From Candidatus Moraniibacteriota bacterium (GTDB taxonomy: Bacteria; Patescibacteriota; Minisyncoccia; Moranbacterales; DUUL01), in contig JALVDV010000001.1 of the NCBI GenBank assembly GCA_027008775.1, positions 3,889 through 67,888 of the forward strand: a DNA stretch of 64,000 bases, in the 5' to 3' direction. A program made the position numbers and the translations under genes. Under the pieces are notes generated by a model. The model made no database searches and was not told the origin of the DNA. It saw only the letters and a program-made list of their open reading frames with translations. Shown here piece by piece: positions 8,049 through 18,644 of this stretch. How positions within the stretch are numbered: position 1 is the stretch's first letter; every line of letters begins with the position of its first letter.

Positions 8049-10010
8049 ATGACTCGTAAAAGATACAAAGCCTATGAAATAGAAAATCCGCTGGATAGTC
8101 TCTCTTTCGTGCAAAAAACTTCCGAAAGAATTCTACGGAAAAAAAATCATTGGCATCACAAAATTTTTTCCGCCCTAATCCTGATTTTCTTTTTGATTGT
8201 TTTTGCGCGTCTTTTTTATTTGCAAATTCTCAATGGTCATCATTATCAACAGCTGGCCAATCGCAATCGTATCAGAGAAGATGTTATTAAAGCTGCTCGG
8301 GGAATTATTAAAGATAAAAATGGAATAATTCTGGCGCGCAATATTCCCAGTTTTGAATTGGATTTTATTCCCGCCTATCTACCGCCCCAAACTTCTTGGC
8401 CGGAGATGGCGACAAAGTTGTCTCAACTCTTGCAAAAAGACAGGGAAGAAATTTTGCAAAAATTATGGGAAGCCGTTCCCAACAGTCAACAAACTTATCA
8501 ATTGGTTGATTATCTGGACAGAAATCTGGCTCTAAAACTGGCGGAGAAAATGAATGATTTTCCCGGTTTGGTAATCACCAAAAGCGCTCACCGCGAATAT
8601 CCTTTGGGGCGCGTCTGCGCTCATATCATCGGCTACACCGGCAAGATAACCAAAGAAGAATTGCAAGAATATCCCAATTACCTACTGATAGATTACGTGG
8701 GAAAAAACGGTTTGGAAAAAACTTACGAAAAGTATTTGCACGGCGTACCGGGCAAGCACCGATTTGAAGTAAATTCTCGCGGGCAGATAGTGGCCGACTT
8801 GGGAGTTAAAATCCCCCAAAAAGGTTATGACGCTCTTTTAAATATTGACGCCAAGTTGCAAGAAAAAATATATCAGGAAGCGGAAAAAATTATGTCTGAA
8901 AATAAAGACGCTACCGGCGTGGCTGTTGTCGCTCTGGATCCGCGAGACGGCGCCGTACGGGCAATGGTCAGCTATCCCAGTTATGATGATAACGATTTTT
9001 CCCAAGGAATCTCTCCGGAAAAGTACAAACTTTTCCTTAACGATCCCTTCAAACCGCTCATCAACAGAACCATTGCCGGTCTCTATCCCCCCGGCTCAAC
9101 TTTTAAACCTCTGGTGGCCACCGCCGCTTTACAGGAGGGTGTAATTGACGAACATACTACTGTTAATTGCCACGGAGAAATCAGTATTGGTCAGTGGCGT
9201 TTTCCCGATTGGAGCGTTCACGGAATAACAGATGTTAAAAAGGCTATCGCTCAAAGTTGTGATGTTTTCTTCTATACCGTCGGTGGCGGTTGGCAAAACA
9301 TTCGTGGCCTGGGCATTAACCGTGTAAACAAGTATGCCAAATTGTTCGGCCTTGGTGATTATTTGGGGATTGATATTCCCGGAGAAAAAAAAGGACTTGT
9401 TCCTGGCGCCACCTGGAAATTCAAGCGTTTTGGTGAAAAATGGTATATTGGAGATACTTATCACGCCGCCATCGGCCAAGGTTATGTAACGGCAACACCT
9501 TTGCAAATGGCTGTTGCCACCGCCACTATTGCCAACGGTGGCACAGTTTATCGTCCTCGCCTGGTGGCTGAGTTGTTTAATTCTGAAACGAAAGACAGGA
9601 TTAAGATAGAAAAAGATATTTTGTTCAAAGATTTTATCAAACCGGAAAATATAAAAATCGTTCAGGAGGGTATGAGACAGACAGTTACCGCCGGTTCGGG
9701 GCGGTTGCTCAACAGTCTCAAGGTAACCAGCGCCGGCAAAACGGGTACGGCTCAATTTGGCTCGGAAGGCAAAACACATTCTTGGTACGTCTCTTTTGCT
9801 CCCTACGAGAAACCGGAACTGGCCCTGGCTGTTTTGGTGGAAAGTGGCGGTGAAGGGCATCAATGGGCGGTTCCCTTGACGAGAGAAATCTATCAATGGT
9901 ATTTTGATGAAAAAGAGGGGAGTAAACAACCCGAAAAGAAAAAGGAACAAGCAAAACCTGAGGCAACAAAAAGTGGCAACCGGGAACAAGTGGAAAAGAA
10001 TAAGCAGTAA
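8049..10010 (+). CDS. mrdA: Penicillin-binding protein 2
   Basis: PGSTFK (SxxK), SCDVFFY, GKTGTAQ motifs; N-terminal TM. Confidence 0.95.
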   Translation: MTRKRYKAYEIENPLDSLSFVQKTSERILRKKNHWHHKIFSALILIFFLIVFARLFYLQILNGHHYQQLANRNRIREDVIKAARGIIKDKNGIILARNIPSFELDFIPAYLPPQTSWPEMATKLSQLLQKDREEILQKLWEAVPNSQQTYQLVDYLDRNLALKLAEKMNDFPGLVITKSAHREYPLGRVCAHIIGYTGKITKEELQEYPNYLLIDYVGKNGLEKTYEKYLHGVPGKHRFEVNSRGQIVADLGVKIPQKGYDALLNIDAKLQEKIYQEAEKIMSENKDATGVAVVALDPRDGAVRAMVSYPSYDDNDFSQGISPEKYKLFLNDPFKPLINRTIAGLYPPGSTFKPLVATAALQEGVIDEHTTVNCHGEISIGQWRFPDWSVHGITDVKKAIAQSCDVFFYTVGGGWQNIRGLGINRVNKYAKLFGLGDYLGIDIPGEKKGLVPGATWKFKRFGEKWYIGDTYHAAIGQGYVTATPLQMAVATATIANGGTVYRPRLVAELFNSETKDRIKIEKDILFKDFIKPENIKIVQEGMRQTVTAGSGRLLNSLKVTSAGKTGTAQFGSEGKTHSWYVSFAPYEKPELALAVLVESGGEGHQWAVPLTREIYQWYFDEKEGSKQPEKKKEQAKPEATKSGNREQVEKNKQ

Positions 10011-10027
10011 ACAATAATCGTAAACCT

Positions 10028-10762
10028 ATGTCAGGACATTCCAAGTGGTCAACCATCAAACATAAAAAAGCCATCAATGATGCCAAAAAGGCCAATGTTT
10101 TTACGCGTTACGCTAAACTGATTGAAGTGGCCGCTCGGACCGGCGCCGACCCGGAAACTAATTTCAATCTGCGGATGGCTATAGACAAAGCTCGTTCCGT
10201 CAATATGCCCAAAGCCAATATAGAAAGAGCCATCAAAAGAGGCAGTGGTCAGGACAAAGATCGTGTCGCTTTGGAAGAAGTTGTTTATGAAGCCTACGGT
10301 CCCGGACAAGTGGCGCTCCTAATCCAATGTATCACTGATAACAAAAACCGCACTCTTTCCGAAGTTAAAACAATTCTCAAAAAGAACGATGGCAAATTTG
10401 TTGAAGGTGGAGGAGTTAGCTGGCAATTTGAACAAAGAGGTTTTATAAAATTGACCGATTTTAAAGAAGAAGATAAGGAAAGTATAGAAGAAATTTTACT
10501 GGAGAGCGAAGCCGATGACTATCGTTTTAAAAACAACGAACTCCATATTTTCACCAAGGTTGATAAATTAAAAGAAGTCAGAGATTTTTTGGCTGAGAAA
10601 AATTCTGCGGAATTATACAAAGTTGCCGAGGCAAAGTTGATTTTCCAAAGCAAAGAGAAAACCGGTCCGAGTCAGGAAGAATCAGACAAATTGACAAACC
10701 TGCTTTCCCTCCTGCGGGAAAACGATGATGTTGTTAATATTTGGACAAACTCGTCGGAATAA
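10028..10762 (+). CDS. yebC: YebC/PmpR family protein
   Basis: MSGHSKWSTIKHKK N-terminus; YEAYGPG..TDNKNRT. Confidence 0.95.
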   Translation: MSGHSKWSTIKHKKAINDAKKANVFTRYAKLIEVAARTGADPETNFNLRMAIDKARSVNMPKANIERAIKRGSGQDKDRVALEEVVYEAYGPGQVALLIQCITDNKNRTLSEVKTILKKNDGKFVEGGGVSWQFEQRGFIKLTDFKEEDKESIEEILLESEADDYRFKNNELHIFTKVDKLKEVRDFLAEKNSAELYKVAEAKLIFQSKEKTGPSQEESDKLTNLLSLLRENDDVVNIWTNSSE

Positions 10763-10906
10763 GACGGTAGAATCTATTTCTACCAATACTTTCCGCCGGC
10801 AATCTTTGTTTTTGTCTTCAAGCAGTCTTCTCTTTTCTCGTTTTGAATAAATATTCCCGTTTTATCTTTCCTTTAGATGCATTTCAAAAATTTACCTTAA
10901 TAATCA

Positions 10907-11425
10907 ATGTCGGTCCAAAGAAAAAAAGAAGAAGTGATCATTCTCGGAATTGATCCAGGCACGGCTATTACCGGTTGGGGGGTTGTGCAAGAAAAAGGTA
11001 ACGATTTGGAGCTCCTGGCTTACGGTTCCATTGAAACGGAAAAAAATAAGACTGATATTCAAAGATTGGAAGAAACAGCTAAAGATCTGGAGGTCATTAT
11101 CAAAGAATATCAACCGGATGAAATGGCTATTGAAGAGTTATTTTTCTTTAAGAATTTAAAGACGGCCATCAAAGTGGCTCAATCGCGTGGCGTTCTAATC
11201 TACACTGCCGTCAAAAATAAAGTTTCCGTTGCCGAATACACTCCCCTGCAAGTCAAGCAAGCTTTAACCGGCTACGGTCGCGCCGGCAAAAAACAAATTC
11301 AAGAAATGGTTAAGAGAGTTTTGAAGCTGAAAAAAATTCCTCAACCGGACGACGCTGCCGACGCTTTGGCTATCGCTATTTGCCATCAACAATCTCGCAA
11401 AATTTCTAAACTTATTCCCGGTTAA
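10907..11425 (+). CDS. ruvC: Holliday junction resolvase RuvC
   Basis: ILGIDPG, EYTPLQVKQA, DDAADALAIAICH. Confidence 0.97.
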   Translation: MSVQRKKEEVIILGIDPGTAITGWGVVQEKGNDLELLAYGSIETEKNKTDIQRLEETAKDLEVIIKEYQPDEMAIEELFFFKNLKTAIKVAQSRGVLIYTAVKNKVSVAEYTPLQVKQALTGYGRAGKKQIQEMVKRVLKLKKIPQPDDAADALAIAICHQQSRKISKLIPG

Positions 11426-11589
11426 TTATTGTCGGGAAAAATTCTCATCGCAAGTAGAGAACAGCAACTGCTCCTGACTTATGTTTACAACCACTTTATA
11501 AACTGTTGGTGGTCAAAATTGAAAAAAAGAAACATCTGCGTTATAATCAGAAAACAAAACGAGACACCTATTCTAAAAACAGAAATTTT

Positions 11590-13074
11590 ATGACCATCAA
11601 AACAAATCACAATAAAAAAAGAAAAAGTCCTTCATCCCCGCCGAAACAAAAAAAGACCGAATATCAGAAAACTTCCTTATACAAAAAGGATGATTTTCTG
11701 GTACCACCGCACAATCAAGAAGCGGAAGAGTCCGTTCTTGGTTCTTTGATGTTAGACAAAGACGCTCTGGTGAAAATAGTTGACATTTTGGAGCCGGCGG
11801 ATTTTTACAACGAAAATTACGGTCTGATTTACGAATCAGCCCTGGAACTTTATTCCGAGCAGTTGCCGACGGATATTGTCAATGTTTCCGCTAAGTTAAA
11901 AGAAAAAAAACTTTTAAAACAAATCGGTGGACGCGCTAAACTCACCGAATTGATCAATGGCGTTCCTACCGCTTCTAACATTCAATCTTACGCGAAAATT
12001 GTCAAGAACAAATCAATCCTCAGGAAGCTGATCCAAACCGCTTCAGAATTGGTGCGAATGGGCTACGAGGAAAAACAACCCGTTGACGAAATCTTAGATC
12101 ACGCCGAAAAGAAACTTTTTGCCGTTTCTCAGGGCAGTGGTAATCAAGAGTTTATTTCTATGAGCAGTTTGTTGGAGACCGCTTTTGACCGTATTGATGA
12201 GATTCATAAAAATAAAAATAAATTCAGGGGGGTTAGAAGCGGTTTCTCCGATCTGGACAAACTTCTTTCCGGCTTTCAAAAATCAGACCTTATTATTCTG
12301 GCCGCCCGTCCCTCTATCGGAAAAACCTCCTTTGCTTTGGATATTGCCCGGCAGGCTGCTTTAAAGGAAAAAAGTCCGGTAATGATTTTTTCTTTGGAGA
12401 TGTCGTCAGACCAATTGGTTGACAGAATGTTAGCTGCTGAAGCCCGAGTAAATCTTTGGGCTCTACGCACCGGTAACTTGGATGAAAAAAATAATGATTT
12501 TCAAAAAATCGGCGAGGCTATGGGCGTGCTTTCCAAAGCCCCAATTTTTATTGACGACTCCGCCACTGCCAACATTATGGAAATGCGAGCCATTGCGCGA
12601 CGTTTTCAGGCTGAACACGGTCTCGGGTTGCTCATCATTGATTATTTACAGTTAATGGAAGGGCGCAACAATTACTCTTCCGACAGTCGTGTCAATGAAA
12701 TTTCGGAAATTTCCCGAGGCTTAAAAAATTTGGCGAAAGAATTAAATGTTCCTATCTTGGCTCTTTCCCAGCTTTCGCGAGCGGTGGAAAATCGTAGCCC
12801 GCAAATTCCCAAGCTGTCAGACTTGCGTGAATCCGGTTCCATTGAGCAAGATGCCGACGTTGTTCTTTTTCTTTATCGCGAAGATAGAGAAAATCCGGAA
12901 ACAGAAAACCAAAATATTGTTGAGGTACATGTGGCCAAGCATCGTAACGGGCCGGTCGGCCGTATAAATCTGTATTTTGACGAGGAATATGCTTCTTTCA
13001 AGTCTTTGGACACCCAACACGGTGAAGAAGAAATTATTCCTGCGGAGGTGGGGGTTGAAAATTCGGTAGAGTAA
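11590..13074 (+). CDS. dnaB: Replicative DNA helicase DnaB (ATG 11590 preferred to TTG 11506)
   Basis: PPHNQEAEESVLG, AARPSIGKT, IDYLQL, DLRESGSIEQDAD. Confidence 0.97.
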   Translation: MTIKTNHNKKRKSPSSPPKQKKTEYQKTSLYKKDDFLVPPHNQEAEESVLGSLMLDKDALVKIVDILEPADFYNENYGLIYESALELYSEQLPTDIVNVSAKLKEKKLLKQIGGRAKLTELINGVPTASNIQSYAKIVKNKSILRKLIQTASELVRMGYEEKQPVDEILDHAEKKLFAVSQGSGNQEFISMSSLLETAFDRIDEIHKNKNKFRGVRSGFSDLDKLLSGFQKSDLIILAARPSIGKTSFALDIARQAALKEKSPVMIFSLEMSSDQLVDRMLAAEARVNLWALRTGNLDEKNNDFQKIGEAMGVLSKAPIFIDDSATANIMEMRAIARRFQAEHGLGLLIIDYLQLMEGRNNYSSDSRVNEISEISRGLKNLAKELNVPILALSQLSRAVENRSPQIPKLSDLRESGSIEQDADVVLFLYREDRENPETENQNIVEVHVAKHRNGPVGRINLYFDEEYASFKSLDTQHGEEEIIPAEVGVENSVE

Positions 13075-13084
13075 GTTTGCTGTT

Positions 13085-13684
13085 ATGTTTCCCAAAACAT
13101 TTCAAAAATTGATAGAAGATTTTAGTCGGTTGCCCTCTATCGGCCCCAAAATGGCTGAGAGGTTGGTTTTGTTTTTATACAAGGGTGACAAAGAATTCTT
13201 GAAATCTTTTGCCAGCGACTTGAATAATCTGGCTGAAAACATAAACTTCTGTCGGCGTTGTCACCATCTCACCGAAGACGATCAGCTTTGCAAAATTTGC
13301 TCCAATCCTCAGCGTAACCAAGAACAAATTTGCGTGGTGGAAGATCCCCTGGACGCCATTTCCATAGAAAAAACCAAAGCTTTCAACGGTCTTTATTATA
13401 TTTTGGGAGGCAGTCTATCCGTTATCAATCAAAAGGAAATTGATAAATTAAATTTTAATCAATTAGTACGGAGAGTGAAAGAGGAAAAAATTAAAGAAGT
13501 GATTATTGCCACCAATCCCACCACTGACGGTGAAACCACTGCGCTTTACCTTTTGCGAATTTTAAAACCACTTGGTGTCAAAGTTACTCGTCTCGGTCGT
13601 GGCTTGCCCACCGGTGGCGATATAGAGTATGCCGATGAAGTAACTATTTCTTCCGCTTTCCAAGGGCGAACCACAATGAATTAA
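13085..13684 (+). CDS. recR: Recombination mediator RecR
   Basis: LPSIGPKMAERL, CxxC..CxxC zinc finger, Toprim EVIIATNPTTDGE. Confidence 0.97.
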   Translation: MFPKTFQKLIEDFSRLPSIGPKMAERLVLFLYKGDKEFLKSFASDLNNLAENINFCRRCHHLTEDDQLCKICSNPQRNQEQICVVEDPLDAISIEKTKAFNGLYYILGGSLSVINQKEIDKLNFNQLVRRVKEEKIKEVIIATNPTTDGETTALYLLRILKPLGVKVTRLGRGLPTGGDIEYADEVTISSAFQGRTTMN

Positions 13685-13694
13685 CCGGATTTTT

Positions 13695-13722
13695 AAACCT
13701 CGCTTTTTAGAGCGGGGTTTTT
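13695..13722. terminator. Bidirectional intrinsic terminator between convergent recR and corA
   Basis: AAACCTCGCT-loop-AGCGGGGTTTTT hairpin. Confidence 0.7.
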
Positions 13723-13827
13723 AAGAACTAAGTTGTCACAATATCCCAAGGAATTTTCTTAGGCAAACTTATTGCCAAAACGAATACTGGTTCAGCCCAG
13801 TCCAGCTCAAAAGCAAAGAAAATTTGC

Positions 13828-14748
13828 CTAAAGCCAACGCTTTTTCTTCAGCCAGAGATAAGCCAAGAAAGCCACCAAGAAAAGTATCAGCATTATCAAC
13901 CAAAAGGAAGCCGGTTCGTGAGCTAAAGAAAAACCGCCAAAGGGAATGACGCTGAAAATACCCAGGGTGACGGACATGGCAAAAGTAATTAAAGAGACAG
14001 AAGCCAAGAAACGCATAGTATTACTCAAACGATAGGAGACCATGGAATTATTGGTGACCTCCAATGATTCAATAATTTCCTGCGCGCTCTCAATACTGTT
14101 CCAGACTTTAATATTTATTCTTATCAATTCTCTAATCTCCGCTTGTATTACGGGGTAATTGAAAAAAGAAAAACCTTCGCGCAACATTGTTTCAAATAAA
14201 GCTTTTTGCGGTTTAAGCACCCGACGAAAAGTCAAAATATCCAACTTAATTTTTGATATCTCCTCCACCGTGTCGTAACGGTCGTCGCTGAAAATGGTGT
14301 CTTTCACCCATTCAATATTTTCATTGATATGCTTGATTTTATCAAAAGAAAGTGAAGTTAGTTTTTGCAAAAAATTTATCAGGAAAAAAACAACGTTGTC
14401 TTTCATCAACTCTTCCCGAAATTTCCTACTTTTTTGGGCATGATGCCAAATGCTTCGCACCGGAATATTGGATTTAAAAACCATGGTTACCAGAAGATTG
14501 TCTTTCAACAAGATATGTAAATCAGACGCTTCCGTTATCTGTTTTTGTCGATTAAAAGTTGGTACGGCCAAATTTAAATACAAGCTGTTATTCCATTCTT
14601 CAATCTGCGCCTGTTGAATATCCTCGCTTATTCTCAAAACAAAATCCTCCGGCAATTGAAACTCTTTTTTTAAAAACTGCCAATCCTTTCGTCTCGGTTT
14701 GTCAATATGAACCCACTGTAAATTGTTGCAAGTTATTTTCTCTATCAT
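13828..14748 (-). CDS. corA: CorA-family divalent cation transporter (divergent)
   Basis: WVHIDKP N-terminus, long helical stalk, SNTMRFL and two C-terminal TMs ending KKKRWL; canonical GMN motif not evident. Confidence 0.75.
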   Translation of the reverse strand: MIEKITCNNLQWVHIDKPRRKDWQFLKKEFQLPEDFVLRISEDIQQAQIEEWNNSLYLNLAVPTFNRQKQITEASDLHILLKDNLLVTMVFKSNIPVRSIWHHAQKSRKFREELMKDNVVFFLINFLQKLTSLSFDKIKHINENIEWVKDTIFSDDRYDTVEEISKIKLDILTFRRVLKPQKALFETMLREGFSFFNYPVIQAEIRELIRINIKVWNSIESAQEIIESLEVTNNSMVSYRLSNTMRFLASVSLITFAMSVTLGIFSVIPFGGFSLAHEPASFWLIMLILFLVAFLAYLWLKKKRWL

Positions 14749-14866
14749 TTCGTTTTACTTTTTGTTTTTGTTATTTTCCGTTGTTATGCTATTATTATAG
14801 CAACTCTTAGGCAGACTGGCAATTTAAATTTATCCGGCAAAAAACATAACTCTTTAACAACTTTTT

Positions 14867-15100
14867 ATGAAAAGCCTGGTTATTTGGCTCATTAAAATTT
14901 ATCAGAAAACTCTTTCCGCCGAAACCGGTCTCCTGGGAAAAATTTACTCGCGACCGCCAACTTGTCGCTTTTATCCCACTTGTTCGGAATACACCGTTCA
15001 AGCCGTTCGTAAATACGGAACAATCAAAGGTCTTTGGCTGGGAGTAAAAAGAGTTGGTCGTTGCCATCCCGGACATCCCGGCGGAATAGATAAACCCTAA
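14867..15100 (+). CDS. yidD: Membrane protein insertion efficiency factor YidD
   Basis: [18 protein letters not shown]. Confidence 0.95.
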   Translation: MKSLVIWLIKIYQKTLSAETGLLGKIYSRPPTCRFYPTCSEYTVQAVRKYGTIKGLWLGVKRVGRCHPGHPGGIDKP

Positions 15101-15109
15101 AAATAAAAA

Positions 15110-16603
15110 ATGTTGACTTTAGATGAACTGCTTAATTTACGGAAGATCCCTTACTCGGAGGAACAGAAAAAAAGAATAAGCAAAGCCTACGAATTTGCTC
15201 GCCAGGCCCATCAAGGACAAAAGCGAGCTTCCGGGGAGGATTATTTTTCTCACTGTGTAGCTACCGCTGCCACCCTAGTTAAAATGGGCTTGGGTTCAAT
15301 CACCGTTTCCGCCGGTTTGCTTCACGACACTTATGAGGACACGGACGTTTCTCTGGCGGAATTAAAAAAAGAGTTTGGCAAAGAAGTGGCCTTTATTGTG
15401 GAGGGCGTCAGTAAATTGAGCAAAGTACAACTCAAGGGCAGTCAGGAAGAATATTATCTCAACAATCTGCAAAAAATGTTTTTAGCCATGGCTGCCGACA
15501 TTAGGGTGGTTTTGATAAAATTGGCTGATCGCTACCATAATATGCAAACCCTTTACGCTCTACCTAAAGAGAAAAGGTTGCGGATTGCCAAAGAAACAAT
15601 GGAAATTTTTGTGCCCATTGCCAATCGTTTGGGAATAGGGGAGCTCAAAGGCAAATTGGAGGATCTCTGTTTTCAATATTTGGACCCGGAAAACTATCAG
15701 CGTATTTTAAAATTGGAAAAAGAAACTTACGCTCCACGCAAAAAATATGTGGATGAAGTTATCAAAACTCTCAAGAAAAAACTGAAAGAGGAAAATATCA
15801 ATTTTGTGGATATTCACGGGCGCGCCAAACGGCACTACAGTCTTTTCAAAAAACTGCAACGCCATGACAACAATATAGAAAAAATTTATGACCTGGCTGC
15901 TGTGCGAATTATTTTGCCGACTGTGGCCGACTGTTACGAAGCCTTGGGAATAGTTCATAAAAATTACCGGCCCTTGATCGGCCGGATTAAAGATTATATT
16001 TCTTTACCCAAACCGAACGGTTACAAATCTCTGCACACCACCATTTTCGGGCCCCAAGGGAAAATTTTGGAAGTGCAAATCAGAACGGAAAAAATGCATG
16101 ACGAAGCCGAGTACGGAATCGCCGCCCATTGGATTTATGACCGGCAAAAAGGAATGAATTGGCGTCGTCTTCTTTTTCAAGGTAAGCATTCTCCCAAAGT
16201 GCCGGCTGAGGAGATAGAATGGGTGAAGCAGTTAAAGGAGTGGCACAAACAGACTGGTGGTGGCAGTGATGAGTTTTGGCAATCTTTAAAAATAGATTTT
16301 TTCAAAAATCATATTTTTGTTTTCACTCCCAAGGGAGATGTCATTGAGTTACCGGAAAATTCCACACCGGTTGACTTTGCCTACAAGGTCCATACCGAAA
16401 TCGGTAACAGAATGACCGGCGCCAAGATAAATGGCAAAATGTCTTCCTTGGACTCTATTTTAAAAAACGGCGATTTGGTGGAAATCATTACCAGCAAAAA
16501 CAAAAAACTTCCCAATCAAGATTGGTTGAAGTTTGTTTGCACGGCCAACGCCAAAGATAAAATTAAAAACACTTTACGCAAAGCGGGAGTGAAAATAGTC
16601 TGA
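15110..16603 (+). CDS. rel: RelA/SpoT homolog (HD hydrolase + synthetase + TGS, no ACT domain)
   Basis: HQGQKRASGE, LLHDTYED, KLADRYHNM, KPNGYKSLH, EVQIRT, TGS VFTPKG..TPVDFAY. Confidence 0.93.
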   Translation: MLTLDELLNLRKIPYSEEQKKRISKAYEFARQAHQGQKRASGEDYFSHCVATAATLVKMGLGSITVSAGLLHDTYEDTDVSLAELKKEFGKEVAFIVEGVSKLSKVQLKGSQEEYYLNNLQKMFLAMAADIRVVLIKLADRYHNMQTLYALPKEKRLRIAKETMEIFVPIANRLGIGELKGKLEDLCFQYLDPENYQRILKLEKETYAPRKKYVDEVIKTLKKKLKEENINFVDIHGRAKRHYSLFKKLQRHDNNIEKIYDLAAVRIILPTVADCYEALGIVHKNYRPLIGRIKDYISLPKPNGYKSLHTTIFGPQGKILEVQIRTEKMHDEAEYGIAAHWIYDRQKGMNWRRLLFQGKHSPKVPAEEIEWVKQLKEWHKQTGGGSDEFWQSLKIDFFKNHIFVFTPKGDVIELPENSTPVDFAYKVHTEIGNRMTGAKINGKMSSLDSILKNGDLVEIITSKNKKLPNQDWLKFVCTANAKDKIKNTLRKAGVKIV

Positions 16604-16682
16604 CGGAAGTTTCTCATTAAACCCATCTCGTATTCATTTTTTTATTGCTGTAAAATTTTTTTTATCATAATTGCCTCCCCGG

Positions 16683-16741
16683 TTGACACTTTGTCATTTC
16701 CTACTAAAATATAGTTAGCAGGGGAGTGTTAAAAGTGCTAA
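16683..16741 (+). promoter_or_regulatory. Promoter plus degenerate CIRCE operator of hrcA
   Basis: TTGACA-16-TAAAAT (16683-16710), then TTAGCAGGG-N9-AAGTGCTAA (16715-16741) versus consensus TTAGCACTC-N9-GAGTGCTAA. Confidence 0.8.
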
Positions 16742-16787
16742 TTGCGTTTCAAGAACGTCTCTCTGGAGTATCATTAAAATTTTTTCT

Positions 16788-17534
16788 ATGACCAAGAGAC
16801 AAGAAAAAATTTTGAAAATCATTATCAAAGAGTATACCAGCAATGCCGTGCCGGTCGGTAGCAACGATTTGGTGAAAAAATATAATCTACCTTTTTCTTC
16901 GGCCACTTTACGTAATGAAATGGCCAAATTGGAAAAACTTGGCTTTATCCAAAAGACACATATTTCCTCCGGACGCATCCCCACTGATCAGGGCTACCGC
17001 TATTTCATTGATCATTTGATTGAGCGACGAGAAAGTTCCTTAGCCTATCAAAAAAAATTGGAGTTGGAATTGTTAAAAATGCGTACTCGCAATATTCAAC
17101 TGGAGAGATCAGTCGGTAAAATCCTTTCCACTCTCTCCAAGTGTCTGGTGATCAGCGGAGTTTTGGATAAGGGCGAATTTCAAAATTTCGGCATTCACAA
17201 TCTTTTGGAAAGTCCGGAATTCACTTCTTTGGACAATCTTTCCAAGATAACCACTCTGCTGGATACAATAGACGAAAAAATTAACCAGATTCTCAAGCAA
17301 GCGGAAAAGGGAGAAGTGAAAATATTCATCGGCAAAGAAAATCCCGTTAAAGAAATTCAAAACAGTTCCATGATAGTCTCCCGTTACGAAGACTCGGAGG
17401 GAAAAGACAGGGTAATTGCTCTCATCGGTCCCAAGAGTATGAAATATCAGAAAAACAAAAATCTCTTGGAGTTGGCCAAAAAATTGCTCAGTCAAAATAA
17501 ATTCAAAAACAATTTTTTCAAGACAAAGAAATAA
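16788..17534 (+). CDS. hrcA: Heat-inducible transcription repressor HrcA (short form)
   Basis: RQEKIL..PVGS..SSATLRNEM..H.SSGRIPTDQGYRYF; IGPKSMKY. Confidence 0.93.
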   Translation: MTKRQEKILKIIIKEYTSNAVPVGSNDLVKKYNLPFSSATLRNEMAKLEKLGFIQKTHISSGRIPTDQGYRYFIDHLIERRESSLAYQKKLELELLKMRTRNIQLERSVGKILSTLSKCLVISGVLDKGEFQNFGIHNLLESPEFTSLDNLSKITTLLDTIDEKINQILKQAEKGEVKIFIGKENPVKEIQNSSMIVSRYEDSEGKDRVIALIGPKSMKYQKNKNLLELAKKLLSQNKFKNNFFKTKK

Positions 17535-17564
17535 ACGAATCAAAGAATAATTTAGAATTAAATA

Positions 17565-18557
17565 ATGCTCAAGAAAATGGAAAATAAAACTAAAAAAGAC
17601 GATACCAAGCCAACGACTTGGCCACTGCGATTGACGGCCAAGGCGGTCATTTTTAATCCCCGGGGAGAGGTCTTGATTTTGCAAAGATCTGACCAAGAAA
17701 AAACGAACCGGAACGCCTATGACCTTCCCGGAGGCACCCTGGAAAAAGGAGAAACAATTTCCGAGGGTCTGGCTAGGGAAATAGCTGAGGAAACAGGTCT
17801 AAGAATTAAGAATGCTCAGATCATCAGAATCAGCGAGTATCCCAAAGGCGATCCTCGTCTGGACGAAATTAAAGGTTTGCGTTTTGTTGTTAAATATGAG
17901 GGAGATGATTGGCAAAAAATCAAGCTGGACAAAAAGGAGCATCAAAAATTTGAATGGTTGCCGGTGAAAAAAGCCCTGGAAAGATTTTCTGATCGGGATG
18001 GCTTTGAAAAAGAAAAAAAAGAAACTATTAAATTGGCGCAGGAATGGTTGGAAAAAGAGGACGCCCTGAAGCGATGGCAGAGATGCCTGGCTGATTTTGA
18101 AAACTACAAAAAACAAAGCGCTCAACAGAATGAAGAATTTAAAAAATATGCCGCTGAAAATTTAATCGTTGATCTTCTTCCGGTTTTGGATAACTTTCAA
18201 GCTTCTTTGGAACACATTCCGGAAACGGAAAAAGAGAGCGGTTGGGTAACGGGAATTCTATATATCCAAAAACAATTGTTAGACGTTTTGGCCGGTCATG
18301 GCGTCAAGGCGATGAATGTCCAAGTTGGCGACACTTTTGATGCCGGCCAACACGAAGCCTTGCAAAGCTCTGCGAAACCGGAACCGGAAAAGAACAAAAA
18401 AGAAGAAAAGAGAAAAGAAGAAGACGTCCAAGAGAATAAAGAGAAAGAGGGGAAAGTTGATAAGCGGGACAACAGCCTCAAAATTACCAAGGTTATCAAA
18501 GACGGATACAGAATCGGCGACAAAGTCATCCGCCCGGCCTTGGTGGAGACAAGTTGA
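17565..18557 (+). CDS. grpE: NUDIX hydrolase-GrpE fusion
   Basis: Intact Nudix box GGTLEKGETISEGLAREIAEETGL, then GrpE motifs RCLADFENYKK, LLPVLDNF, FD..HEA, GY.IGDKVIRPALV. Confidence 0.88.
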   Translation: MLKKMENKTKKDDTKPTTWPLRLTAKAVIFNPRGEVLILQRSDQEKTNRNAYDLPGGTLEKGETISEGLAREIAEETGLRIKNAQIIRISEYPKGDPRLDEIKGLRFVVKYEGDDWQKIKLDKKEHQKFEWLPVKKALERFSDRDGFEKEKKETIKLAQEWLEKEDALKRWQRCLADFENYKKQSAQQNEEFKKYAAENLIVDLLPVLDNFQASLEHIPETEKESGWVTGILYIQKQLLDVLAGHGVKAMNVQVGDTFDAGQHEALQSSAKPEPEKNKKEEKRKEEDVQENKEKEGKVDKRDNSLKITKVIKDGYRIGDKVIRPALVETS

Positions 18558-18644
18558 TTAAGGTCTGATTGTTGAAGATAAGTTTTTTGAGATTGACATA
18601 TTGTTTTCCCAAAAAGTGCTCATTAATCATATTTTATCGCTGAA

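Noticed and set aside
9129-9989. 286-aa minus-strand ORF and other long antisense ORFs (28895-29503, 41475-42104, 47048-47557, 17109-17696)
   Set aside because: Shadows of well-conserved plus-strand genes with no motifs
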